Of a stretch of 64,000 nt of DNA, positions 30,192 to 38,687 are shown one piece after another. This stretch comes from Acetobacteraceae bacterium. GTDB taxonomy: Bacteria > Pseudomonadota > Alphaproteobacteria > Acetobacterales > Acetobacteraceae. The notes below the pieces were generated by a model, which was not told the DNA's origin, did not search any database, and saw nothing but the letters and a program-made list of their open reading frames with translations. The first letter of the stretch is position 1. Each line of letters opens with the position of its first letter. The translations under genes were made by a program, and so were the position numbers. The DNA is taken from assembly GCA_009693865.1 (NCBI GenBank), contig SHWL01000007.1, positions 645 through 64,644 on the forward strand, written 5' to 3'.

Positions 30192-30814
30192 GGGCGGCCC
30201 GGCCCCCGGTATGGGTCAGTTTGAATGTGCTGGAACGGGTGGATTTGGCAGGTTCGGATTATCGGTGGCCTCCGCGCTTAAGCCTGGATGGCGGACCGCG
30301 TTTAGTGCACGAATCAAGAATAGCAGAACGGGGGTAGATCCCTGGCACGATCTATAACGTTCCCCGTATGGTCATGGAAATATCCACAGCCCGGGAATGC
30401 TTCTAATTTTCGCCGTGCGCATCATTCCGTCGACGCCGAGACTTAAAATTCATGACCTTCCGTAAGGGACCACCGGACCGGTATCAAATTGATATCGGTC
30501 ATCAACCGCCCGCCGTTCATGGGACATCGGTCTGAACCCCATCCAGTAAAGGCGGCGGTCTGAAGCTGGTGCCCACCGGGACCGCGATATTCAGTCGGCT
30601 CGCTCCGGCGGACTGTCAACGCGAGGTCTCGGGTCACTGGACTTCCTGGACCATCGTGTCGCCTCCGATCTTGTTGATTGCGCGAAGAAGGCGTTATTGT
30701 CCTTCCGGAATGCTTAGAAAGGCCAAGTACGTCGGATTTGCCGGTTGAGTGGCCAGATGCGTGGGTCAACGGACGCATGCCGAAAAAAAGCAACATCAAA
30801 GGGGGGACGGCAGA

Positions 30815-32443
30815 ATGCGCGACTATCACGAGGCCCATGCGTCATTTGCGCTTGAAGATTTCGCTCGCGAGATATTTTCGGCCCCGCTCGACGCCGAGCT
30901 GAATGGATATGTCGCCTGCTGCGCGCGTTGGGCCGGCAGTGATCGAGTGGCTTTACGGTGGATGGGCGCGGACGCCCAAAAGCGCGACGTCACCTACCGC
31001 GAATTCGACGTGGAGTCGGCGCGCTTCGCCAATGTGCTGAAGGCGCGCGGAATCGGACCCGGAGATGTGGTGGCGGGTATGCTGCCCCGGATTCCCGAGC
31101 TGCTGGTCGCGGTGCTCGGAACCTGGCGGGTCGGCGCGGTGTATCAGCCGCTGTTCACCGCATTCGGGCCGGCGGCGGTGCAGTCGCGGGTCGTGGACCC
31201 CGGCGGCAGCGACGCGAAACTGATCGTGGTTGATGGCGCGAACCGGCCCAAGCTCGACGATGTACCGAACTGCCCACCCGTACTGACGCTGCGGCGAGGC
31301 GCGGCGGCGCGGGAGGGCGATGGGGATTTCGAGGCCGAAATGGCGGCTCAACCCGCCGTCTTCCCGCCGGCGATGCGCCGGCACGACGATCCCTTCATCA
31401 TCCTGTTCACCTCCGGAACGACCGGAAAGCCCAAAGGCGTGGTCTATCCGCTGTTCTCGCTGCTGCAATTCGCGATGTTCATTCGCGAGGGCATCGATTT
31501 GCGAGAGAGCGACATCTACTGGTGTTTCGCCGATCCAGGATGGGCTCTGGGCATGATTGGAACGCTGACCGCGCCGTTGCTCAGGGGTTGCACGACGGTG
31601 ATGTACGAAGGTGCTTTCACGGTCGAATCGACGGTGCGGGTGGTTAACGAACTCGGTGTCACCAATATGGTCGCCGCTCCAACCGTGTTCCGAGTGATGC
31701 GGGCCGCCGGAATCGAGGCGGTCGCGCCGATTCGCGGCCGGCTCCGGGCGATCTCAAGCGGTGGCGAACCGCTCAACCCGGAGCTCAATCGCTGGGCGGC
31801 GGAGGCGCTGGCGGTGCCGATCCACGAGCTATACGGGCAGAGCGAGATGGGGGTGAATTTCCTCAACCATCACGGACTGCGTCACGAGGCCCGCGTCGGC
31901 AGCGTTGGCCTGATCAGCCCAGGAATGAGCTGGGCTTTGCTGGACGACAACCTCAATCCGGTGCCGCCGGGACAGACCGGCGTGCTGGCGATCGACCGGA
32001 GCGCGTCCCCGCTGTTCTTCTTCACCGGCTACTGGAAGGCGGAGACGCCGAGCTTCCAGGGGAAATGGTATTTGACCGGCGACGTCATGAAGCAGGATGA
32101 GGAGGGTTATCTCTATTTCACCGGCCGCAACGACGATATCATCACTTCGGCAGGGTATCGGATCGGGCCGGCGGACGTGGAGAACGTGCTGATCGAGCAC
32201 ATGTCGGTGGCTGAGGCGGCGGTGGTGGGCAAACCGGATCCGGAACGGACGGAAATCGTCAAGGCTTTCGTTGTGCTACGGGGTAATACCGAACCGACGG
32301 AGGCGCTGGCGGAGGAACTGCGGCAACTGGTACGGCGGCGTTTGTCGGCCCATGCCTATCCGCGCGAGATCAGCTTCGAGACGGAACTGCCGAAAAACCC
32401 GGCCGGTAAGGTGCTGCGCTACATGCTGCGCCAGCGGGCGTGA
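30815..32443 (+). CDS. AMP-forming acyl-CoA synthetase (short/medium chain)
   Basis: FTSGTTGKPKG, ADPGWA, YGQSEMG, YLTGD, GYRIGP, AYPREI. Confidence 0.92.
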   Translation: MRDYHEAHASFALEDFAREIFSAPLDAELNGYVACCARWAGSDRVALRWMGADAQKRDVTYREFDVESARFANVLKARGIGPGDVVAGMLPRIPELLVAVLGTWRVGAVYQPLFTAFGPAAVQSRVVDPGGSDAKLIVVDGANRPKLDDVPNCPPVLTLRRGAAAREGDGDFEAEMAAQPAVFPPAMRRHDDPFIILFTSGTTGKPKGVVYPLFSLLQFAMFIREGIDLRESDIYWCFADPGWALGMIGTLTAPLLRGCTTVMYEGAFTVESTVRVVNELGVTNMVAAPTVFRVMRAAGIEAVAPIRGRLRAISSGGEPLNPELNRWAAEALAVPIHELYGQSEMGVNFLNHHGLRHEARVGSVGLISPGMSWALLDDNLNPVPPGQTGVLAIDRSASPLFFFTGYWKAETPSFQGKWYLTGDVMKQDEEGYLYFTGRNDDIITSAGYRIGPADVENVLIEHMSVAEAAVVGKPDPERTEIVKAFVVLRGNTEPTEALAEELRQLVRRRLSAHAYPREISFETELPKNPAGKVLRYMLRQRA

Positions 32444-32540
32444 CGTGGTTGGTGATCTTCATGACCATCTTCAACGACTAACCGCGGCCCTCCGCTCTCC
32501 GGCCTTGACCCATATTGGCGCGCCGCCTTAGTTGCCCGCC

Positions 32541-33446
32541 ATGAGTACGACATCCCCCTCCGATCTCTCGTCCGCGACCGCGCGAGCCCATGTCCTGGCG
32601 CAGGCCCTGCCGTTCCTGCGCCGCTATGCGGGAACCACGGTGGTGGTGAAGTACGGCGGCCACGCGATGGGCGAGGAAGCCCTGGCCCTGGAATTCGGCC
32701 GCGACATCGCGCTACTGAAACAGGTCGGGATCAATCCGGTCGTGGTGCATGGCGGCGGACCGCAGATCAACGCGATGTTGAAGCGGCTCGCGATCACTTC
32801 GACGTTCATCGACGGGCTGCGGGTTACCGATGCCGCGATGGTCGAGGTGGTGGAGATGGTCCTCGCCGGCACCGTCAACAAATACGTCTCGGGGCTGATC
32901 ACTCAGGCCGGCGCTTTGGCGGTCGGGATTTGCGGCAAGGACGGCGGCATGATCCGGGCGCGCAAGCTGCAACGGACCAAGAAGGATCCCGACAGCCATA
33001 TCGAGCGAGCGCTCGACCTGGGCTTCGTCGGCGAACCCGTCGGGGTCGATGTGCGGGTGATCCACGCGTTGACCGGTGGCGGACTGGTGCCGGTGATCGC
33101 GCCCGTTGGCATGGACGCGGACGGTCAAACCTACAACATCAATGCCGACACGGTCGCCTCGGCGATCGCGGGCGCACTGCGCGCGGACCGGCTGTTGATG
33201 CTGACCGACGTGGCGGGCGTGCTGGACAAGGACAAGGTGCTCATTCCCTCGCTGACCCTGACCGAGGTGGCAGAGCGGATCGCGGACGGCACGATCACCG
33301 GCGGGATGATTCCGAAGGTGGAATGTTGTGTCGATGCCGTGCGCCAGGGTGTGAAGGGCGCGGTCATTCTCGATGGCCGCGTGCCGCATGCCTGTCTGCT
33401 GGAACTGTTCACCGAGGCTGGGCCTGGAACGTTGGTGAAGCGGTAG
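32541..33446 (+). CDS. argB: Acetylglutamate kinase
   Basis: [42 protein letters not shown]. Confidence 0.97.
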   Translation: MSTTSPSDLSSATARAHVLAQALPFLRRYAGTTVVVKYGGHAMGEEALALEFGRDIALLKQVGINPVVVHGGGPQINAMLKRLAITSTFIDGLRVTDAAMVEVVEMVLAGTVNKYVSGLITQAGALAVGICGKDGGMIRARKLQRTKKDPDSHIERALDLGFVGEPVGVDVRVIHALTGGGLVPVIAPVGMDADGQTYNINADTVASAIAGALRADRLLMLTDVAGVLDKDKVLIPSLTLTEVAERIADGTITGGMIPKVECCVDAVRQGVKGAVILDGRVPHACLLELFTEAGPGTLVKR

Positions 33447-33513
33447 GATTTTCACTATTCGCGGTCAAGCCTACCACGTCAGCTTTTCGTTAACCAATTC
33501 CGCCCATCCTTGG

Positions 33514-33700
33514 CAGCAATTCTCATTATGGCTGCTGACCTCTCCCAAATCGTCATCCTCCGGCGCGACCGGAGGATCGGTAGCGGCACATATCCGCGTA
33601 TAATAGCGCCCGTAAGCGAGGCATGGTGCCGCTCCGGATCCTCCGGTCGCGCCGGAGGATGACGAAAAAGCAAGCGTCAGCGCCATAATGAGAATTGCTG
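33514..33700. mobile_element. MITE family A, copy 2 (187 bp, inverted core)
   Basis: TIR CAGCAATTCTCATTATGGC; perfect 9-bp TSD CATCCTTGG (33505-33513 / 33701-33709). Confidence 0.92.
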
Positions 33701-33717
33701 CATCCTTGGCCCTCAGC

Positions 33718-33749
33718 TTGACAACAGGGCCAACCCCCCATAATGGGGG
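33718..33749 (+). promoter_or_regulatory. Putative mqsRA promoter/operator
   Basis: TTGACA-N15-CATAAT (short spacer); palindrome CCCCCA-TAA-TGGGGG overlaps the -10. Confidence 0.5.
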
Positions 33750-33754
33750 ATCGG

Positions 33755-34068
33755 ATGTCGCACGGAGAAACGGAGGCCGCATTATCCGCTCACTGCCATC
33801 CAGGCGGCGTTCGCCGACCCATCTCGCCTCAATCGCACCTTCGCCTCAAAGCAAGGGGCGGACGATCCCGGCATGGACGATCAGGCGGTCGTCTCGGTCA
33901 TCCGGTCATTGGCCCGAAAGGATTTTGAGAAATCGATGACGTCGATCGCGGATCACACGGTCTTGGCAGGACGTATACAAGCCGCTTCATGCAGGCCGGG
34001 CTCTTTACGTGAAGTTCACCCGCGACTCTCGGCAATCCCTGCTGCCGATCAGCTTCAAGGAAGCATGA
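33755..34068 (+). pseudogene. mqsR: MqsR-family mRNA interferase toxin, frameshifted
   Basis: EKRRPHYPL...DFEKSMTSIADHTV then extra T at 33963-33964; the +1 frame gives WQDVYKP..LYVKF..ISFKEA*; no in-frame ATG (ACG at 33762). Confidence 0.88.
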
Positions 34069-34607
34069 TCATGGGCAAGACCCCCAGAAACTATCCCGCC
34101 ACAATGGCCAGCGCGGAATCCGGGCGTCCCATGACCCGCGGCGAAAAATCCGTCTCGTTCAAGATCGACGGCAAAACCTACACCTACCTCCAACCGGGCT
34201 GGTGGTGTTCCCTCGACGACCCCGAGGACATGGAGGGCCAACTCGTCGACGCCGACAATCAGGTCGCTGACATGGCTCGCCGCACGGCGAAAGCCCTGGC
34301 GCGCGGCGAAAAAATCTTTGTCCCCGTCGTCATTCGCGCCATCCGCCAGCGCTGCGGCCTGACCCAGCGCGAAGCCGGCCGCCTGTTCGGAACCGGGCAG
34401 AAATCCTTCGAAAAATACGAGGCCGGTGAAATCCAACCCTCCGCCCCAACCAAGCGGCTTCTGACGCTGGCGATGGAGCGTCCTGAACTGTTCGCACCGG
34501 CCGGTCGCCGCCGCATCGACACCGTGAACGAGTCCTTCGTGCATGACGCGCTACGCGCCGCGAATCTGGACCGGCTTTATGAACCGTTGTTCGCGGCGCA
34601 AAACTGA
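34065..34607 (+). CDS. mqsA: MqsA-family antitoxin
   Basis: ATGA overlap with toxin stop; QPGWWC; IRAIRQRCGLTQREAGRLFGTGQKSFEKYEAGE HTH. Confidence 0.85.
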   Translation: MIMGKTPRNYPATMASAESGRPMTRGEKSVSFKIDGKTYTYLQPGWWCSLDDPEDMEGQLVDADNQVADMARRTAKALARGEKIFVPVVIRAIRQRCGLTQREAGRLFGTGQKSFEKYEAGEIQPSAPTKRLLTLAMERPELFAPAGRRRIDTVNESFVHDALRAANLDRLYEPLFAAQN

Positions 34608-34639
34608 GGCCGGCAGGGTTCAACCCACCCGCAATTCGC

Positions 34640-34804
34640 TCAAAAATCCGTACACCGCCCCTTATGCTCCCAGTCGCCGTATCGGGTGGGCTCCGGCCCC
34701 TTCACCCCGCCAATCTCCGGGGGGAGCGGTGTTTGAATGACCGGCCTGGGCGGCATGTGGTCCGCCGGCGTTTCAGTCTCATTGTCCACGGCTGTCTTTT
34801 CCAT
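34640..34804 (-). CDS. DUF1674 / SDHAF4 (Sdh8)-like protein, 54 aa (absent from ORF track)
   Basis: Hand translation MEKTAVDN...PPEIGGVKGPEPTRYGDWEHKGRCTDF*; AAGGAA RBS. Confidence 0.92.
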   Translation of the reverse strand: MEKTAVDNETETPADHMPPRPVIQTPLPPEIGGVKGPEPTRYGDWEHKGRCTDF

Positions 34805-34819
34805 CCGGCGTTCCTTCAC

Positions 34820-35314
34820 TCACCCGCCCGAGGTCTTGCCGAACGGGGCGCTCAGAGGCCGCGCGGGCAGCGCTTCCGACTCAGATTTCCATTGGCCAGA
34901 CTTCTTCAACGCCTCGGCCACTTCCTTGGGCATATAGTTCTCGTCGTGCTTGGCCAGCACTTCCGAGGCCAGGAACGTCCCATCCGGGCGCAACGCGCCA
35001 AGCGTGACGACGCCCTGTCCCTCCCGGAACAGATCGGGGACGATGCCCTTAAAGGTGACCACCACGCTGTTGGCCCCATCGGTGACGCGGAATGTGGTGC
35101 CGGCGTTACGCGCCTCGCCGCGGACCACGCTGCCGGGTTCCACCAGCCCACCCAGGCGGAGCGTTCGGCCGTTCACGGCCATTTTCGAGAGGTCGGACGG
35201 CGACACGAAAAACACCAGATTGTCGTTGAACGCGATCAACGTCAGCGCCACGGCGGAGCCGATGCAGGCCCCAAAGACAAGCACGATCAAAAGGCGGCGG
35301 TGCTTGCGGGTCAT
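34820..35314 (-). CDS. ccmE: Cytochrome c maturation heme chaperone CcmE
   Basis: LRLGGLV, PDLFREGQGVV, LAKHDENYMP. Confidence 0.97.
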   Translation of the reverse strand: MTRKHRRLLIVLVFGACIGSAVALTLIAFNDNLVFFVSPSDLSKMAVNGRTLRLGGLVEPGSVVRGEARNAGTTFRVTDGANSVVVTFKGIVPDLFREGQGVVTLGALRPDGTFLASEVLAKHDENYMPKEVAEALKKSGQWKSESEALPARPLSAPFGKTSGG

Positions 35315-35457
35315 TGGCTGGTCCTTTCGCGCCGCGGATCGATGGCGGCGAGACGTGCTCGCGCCGCGCTTCCCCGTACCCACGCGGCAATTCCGAACCC
35401 GCCAAGGAGCAGCGCGGCGAGCGCGTAAGATCCCACAATGAACGGTAAATGGGTCAT
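35311..35457 (-). CDS. ccmD: Heme exporter protein CcmD
   Basis: 48 aa, single TM plus basic tail; ATGA overlaps with ccmC and ccmE. Confidence 0.8.
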   Translation of the reverse strand: MTHLPFIVGSYALAALLLGGFGIAAWVRGSAARARLAAIDPRRERTSQ

Positions 35458-36245
35458 CGGGACACCGCCCGCGCCATCAGCAGGCCACGAATCCGCCGCT
35501 CCATCACCGCCGCGCGCAAACGGGCGACGGCGATCGCGGCGAAGGACAGCGTGAACCCCAGGGCGGCGATCAGCAGGGGCCAGAGCATGTCCGAGGTCAT
35601 CGACGGCGCCTGGGTGAACTTGATCGTCGCGGGTTGGTGCAGTGTATTCCACCAGTCCACGCTGAATTTGATCACCGGCAGGTTGACCACGCCGGCCAGT
35701 GCCAGCACGGCTCCGGCGCGGTAGCCTCGCACGGGATCGTCGAAGGCGCGCACCAGCACGATATGGCCCAGATACAGGAACAGCAGCACAAGGACCGACG
35801 TCAGCCGCGCGTCCCAGACCCACCAGGCGCCCCACATTGGCTTGCCCCACAGGCTGCCGGTCGCGAGGCACAACGCCGTGAAACCGGCGCCGACCGGCCC
35901 GATCTCGACCGCCGCCAAATCGGCCAGCGGGTGGCGCCAGACCAGCGAAAACAGCGAGCACAGAGCCAGCGAAACATACCCCGCCGAGGCCAGCCAGGCC
36001 GATGGCACATGGACATACATGATGCGGACCGCGTCGCCCTGTTGCCAATCGGCGGGCGAGACGAACAAGCCCCAGCCAAGGCCGGTCACCGTCAAAACGA
36101 TCGCGGCGGCGGTGAGCCATGGCAGCACGGACTCCGACAGGCGCAAAAACCGGCCTGGATTGGCGAAACGATGCAGCGACGATCCGCCCGAGGGGGCGGC
36201 ATCATCCGGCGCGATATCGATGGGGCGCGTGGCCATGCACGTCAT
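35454..36245 (-). CDS. ccmC: Heme ABC transporter permease CcmC
   Basis: RIMYVHVP, WGKPMWGAWWVWDARLTS, WWNTLHQ. Confidence 0.97.
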   Translation of the reverse strand: MTCMATRPIDIAPDDAAPSGGSSLHRFANPGRFLRLSESVLPWLTAAAIVLTVTGLGWGLFVSPADWQQGDAVRIMYVHVPSAWLASAGYVSLALCSLFSLVWRHPLADLAAVEIGPVGAGFTALCLATGSLWGKPMWGAWWVWDARLTSVLVLLFLYLGHIVLVRAFDDPVRGYRAGAVLALAGVVNLPVIKFSVDWWNTLHQPATIKFTQAPSMTSDMLWPLLIAALGFTLSFAAIAVARLRAAVMERRIRGLLMARAVSR

Positions 36246-36362
36246 GTAGTCGATCCGCGCGGAGGATTGAAGCACCGCGATCAATCGGCGCCGGTGGCCG
36301 GTCCATTGTCACACGGCCAACCTGGCCGGGTGACGGGCGATCTATCGCGGGATCCAAAATCC

Positions 36363-36629
36363 GTGTCATGCGTTTGGATCGAACCGTCGCGGAACATTCC
36401 GCTGCTGGTGCAATTGTTCCTGTGGTACTTCGTGTTGCCGGAACTGGCGCGCGAGGGCATGACCATGATGGTTGTCACACATGAAATGGGGTTCGCCCGG
36501 AAGGTCGCGCATCGAGTGGTGTTCATGGATCGTGGGGAGATTGTCGTTGACACGGGGAAGGACGATTTCTTTGCCGCCGCGGGGAATGAACGGGCGCGAT
36601 TGTTCTTGTCGAAGATACTCGGGCATTGA
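36363..36629 (+). pseudogene. Deletion scar fusing a polar amino-acid ABC permease fragment to an ATPase C-terminus
   Basis: RNIPLLVQLFLWYFVLPEL joined in frame to AREGMTMMVVTHEMGFARKVAHRVVFMDRGEIV...FLSKIL. Confidence 0.85.
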
Positions 36630-36755
36630 CGGGACATCCGGCGAAGCCTTCGAAGGGATCGATTCGGAGCGGCGGCGATATTCCACGCGCGGCGGCGGAG
36701 TGACCAAGAGTTCGACAAATCTGGCACCGGTCGCCGGATCGCGGTGCGGTCCAGA

Positions 36756-37181
36756 TCAGACCTCGGATTCCCGCGGCTCGCCGGCGGACGCCGGATCGGA
36801 CGACAGCACCTCGGTGATCGTAACGACAAAACGCCGCCCGATGTCTATCGCGCCTTCCGCCTCGGTCACCGTGACGACCGACAGCGATCCAACGGCATAA
36901 TCGGCGACTTCCTTGAATTTGTAGAGCCGCGCCAAAAGTGATGGAAACGACGAGTCCATTCGTGGATCGTCTCGCGTCAGCAGCGCGAACATCGTCCGCA
37001 TGCCACGGTGAGTCTTGACGATCTTGCCAGTGGTTTCGAAAACAAAGGCATGAACGGCATGAAAGGCGGCGAGATAAGCTTCCTTGGCGGCGATTTGAGG
37101 TAATGGGAACGTATTGACCTGGATCGCCGCGTCGAGGCACTCTCGAGCCTGGGCGAGATAATCGGCGGTTTCCGGCTTCAT
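36756..37181 (-). CDS. HEPN-domain protein (UPF0332-like)
   Basis: AYLAAFHA, KTHRG, KEVADY; ATGA overlap with MNT. Confidence 0.85.
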   Translation of the reverse strand: MKPETADYLAQARECLDAAIQVNTFPLPQIAAKEAYLAAFHAVHAFVFETTGKIVKTHRGMRTMFALLTRDDPRMDSSFPSLLARLYKFKEVADYAVGSLSVVTVTEAEGAIDIGRRFVVTITEVLSSDPASAGEPRESEV

Positions 37182-37501
37182 AAATCCAGTCCGTCGCGCC
37201 GAACCTCGTGCATGAAGCCGGTTCGCTCGTGCCAGGCCGCGGCAGGGAACGGCAGCGCATTGATCAGTGCACCGGAATCCCGAAGAATGTCCGTTTCCAC
37301 CCGAGCGAGGTCGTCCATCGCCTCTGTCCGGCTGATCATTTCGCTCAGAAAGACGGCGACATCGTAGTCTGAGTCGGGATGAAAGTCCCCACGCGCCCGA
37401 GAGCCGTACAACACGACACGTTCCAACCGATCACCGAACAGCGTGGCCAGCGCGGCTCGGAAACGCGTCAACACGGGATCGTGGATTGAGGACCGGATCA
37501 T
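37178..37501 (-). CDS. MNT-family nucleotidyltransferase
   Basis: VVLYGSRARGDFHPDSDYDVAV, EVRRDG. Confidence 0.9.
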   Translation of the reverse strand: MIRSSIHDPVLTRFRAALATLFGDRLERVVLYGSRARGDFHPDSDYDVAVFLSEMISRTEAMDDLARVETDILRDSGALINALPFPAAAWHERTGFMHEVRRDGLDL

Positions 37502-37715
37502 GGCATCACCCGTTTACCACGGAGCCTGAATTGTGTCAGCCGGAATCGATGGCAGGGAGATTGCAAATGGTTGTTGTTTCGCCGTCCCTCGCGATATTGT
37601 TATCTGAACGGAACTGGAGACCGGGATATTTCCACCAGCAATCTGGCCGGATGATGCTACAATGCTTCCAGTGTCCGCCTGGTACGAGTTGGGTTGTTAA
37701 GACAGGAAAGCGGCA

Positions 37716-37976
37716 ATGTCGAAAGCTGGCGTGGAGATCATCGAAAGCACCGCGGGGGAAGTGGCGGCTGAACTTGCCCGTCGCGGGATCGATGCGGCAC
37801 GCCTGGTCACCGTCGTGGTCGAGCCAGAGGATTGGTTAACTCAGGGACGCAGGGACAGCCAGCCCAGGATCGACGCGGCGGGTCTGAGCGATCAGGCCAT
37901 CGACGGCCTGATCAAGGAGGCACGGCGCGAGGCCAACGAAGACATGCGTCGCGGCATAATCAAGCCCTCCAGCTGA
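37716..37976 (+). CDS. Putative antitoxin upstream of PIN toxin
   Basis: 86 aa; AGGAAAG RBS; ends 1 nt before the PIN gene; GLSDQAIDGLIKEARRE. Confidence 0.65.
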   Translation: MSKAGVEIIESTAGEVAAELARRGIDAARLVTVVVEPEDWLTQGRRDSQPRIDAAGLSDQAIDGLIKEARREANEDMRRGIIKPSS

Positions 37977-37977
37977 C

Positions 37978-38584
37978 GTGCGGGCCGTCGTCGACACCAA
38001 CGTCCTCATCAGCGCCTGTCTGAAAGCCGACTCGTCTCCGCGCCACTGTATCCGGTGGATTCAACAACGTGGAGTCTTCCTCAAATCGCACGCGACCGAA
38101 ACGGAATTCCACCTCAAACTTGCCAAGCCCAGACTGGCGAGACTCATACGCGATCTGGAATTCATCGAACATCTGACCAGCAATTCTCATTTTGGCTGCA
38201 GACCTCTCCCCAATCGTCATCCTCCGGCGTGACCGGAGGATCCGAAGCGGCACGACGCATCGCTTTTTGGCGCTATCATACGCGGATATGTGCCGTTACC
38301 GATCCTCCGGTCACGCCGGAGGATGACGAAAAAGCGAGCGTCAGCGCCAAAATGAGAATTGCTGACATCTGACGGCCTTGATTCGCGCATCCGAGATGGT
38401 GCATGTCGTTGAAGATTTGCGGGCCTGCCGAAACCCGGACGACGATAAGTTCCTCGAACTGGCGGTTCTGTGACAAGCCGACGTGATCATTTCGGGAGAC
38501 GCGGATTTGCTGGTCCTCAATCCGTTCCAGGGCATCCCAATCGTCGATCCCGCGACCTTCGACCGGGAGCAACGTCGCGCCTGA
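37978..38584 (+). pseudogene. PIN-domain toxin disrupted by MITE A and a nonsense codon
   Basis: RAVVDTNVLISA...EHLT[MITE]ALIRAS...CRNPDDDKFLELAVL*QADVIISGDADLL; TGA at 38471-38473. Confidence 0.9.
38178..38364. mobile_element. MITE family A, copy 3 (187 bp)
   Basis: Same TIRs as copy 1; perfect 9-bp TSD ACATCTGAC (38169-38177 / 38365-38373). Confidence 0.93.
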
Positions 38585-38687
38585 CGGGCCGAACCGGCGG
38601 GCGAGGCTCCGAACGGCCGCCTGACCAATCCCCCGATTGAAGCCCCGCCCCAATCCCTTACAATGACCCCCAACGGAGCGGACACAG

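Noticed and set aside
30208-30225. GGTATGGGTCAGTTTGAA as an IS/MITE terminus
   Set aside because: Resemblance from memory only; no partner inverted end or TSD found in the window
30489-30505. FNR/FixK box
   Set aside because: TTGAT-N7-ATCAA; the canonical spacing is N4
33873-34607. Single 244-aa CDS
   Set aside because: Product of the mqsR frameshift; MqsA starts at 34065 or 34071
35634-36629. 331-aa ORF antisense to ccmC
   Set aside because: Only the last ~85 codons are protein-like (ABC scar); the rest is the antisense frame of ccmC
38471-38473. Selenocysteine or readthrough at in-frame TGAs (also 17329-17331)
   Set aside because: The positions do not appear to correspond to Cys, no SECIS was recognised, and the PIN gene has an independent MITE lesion
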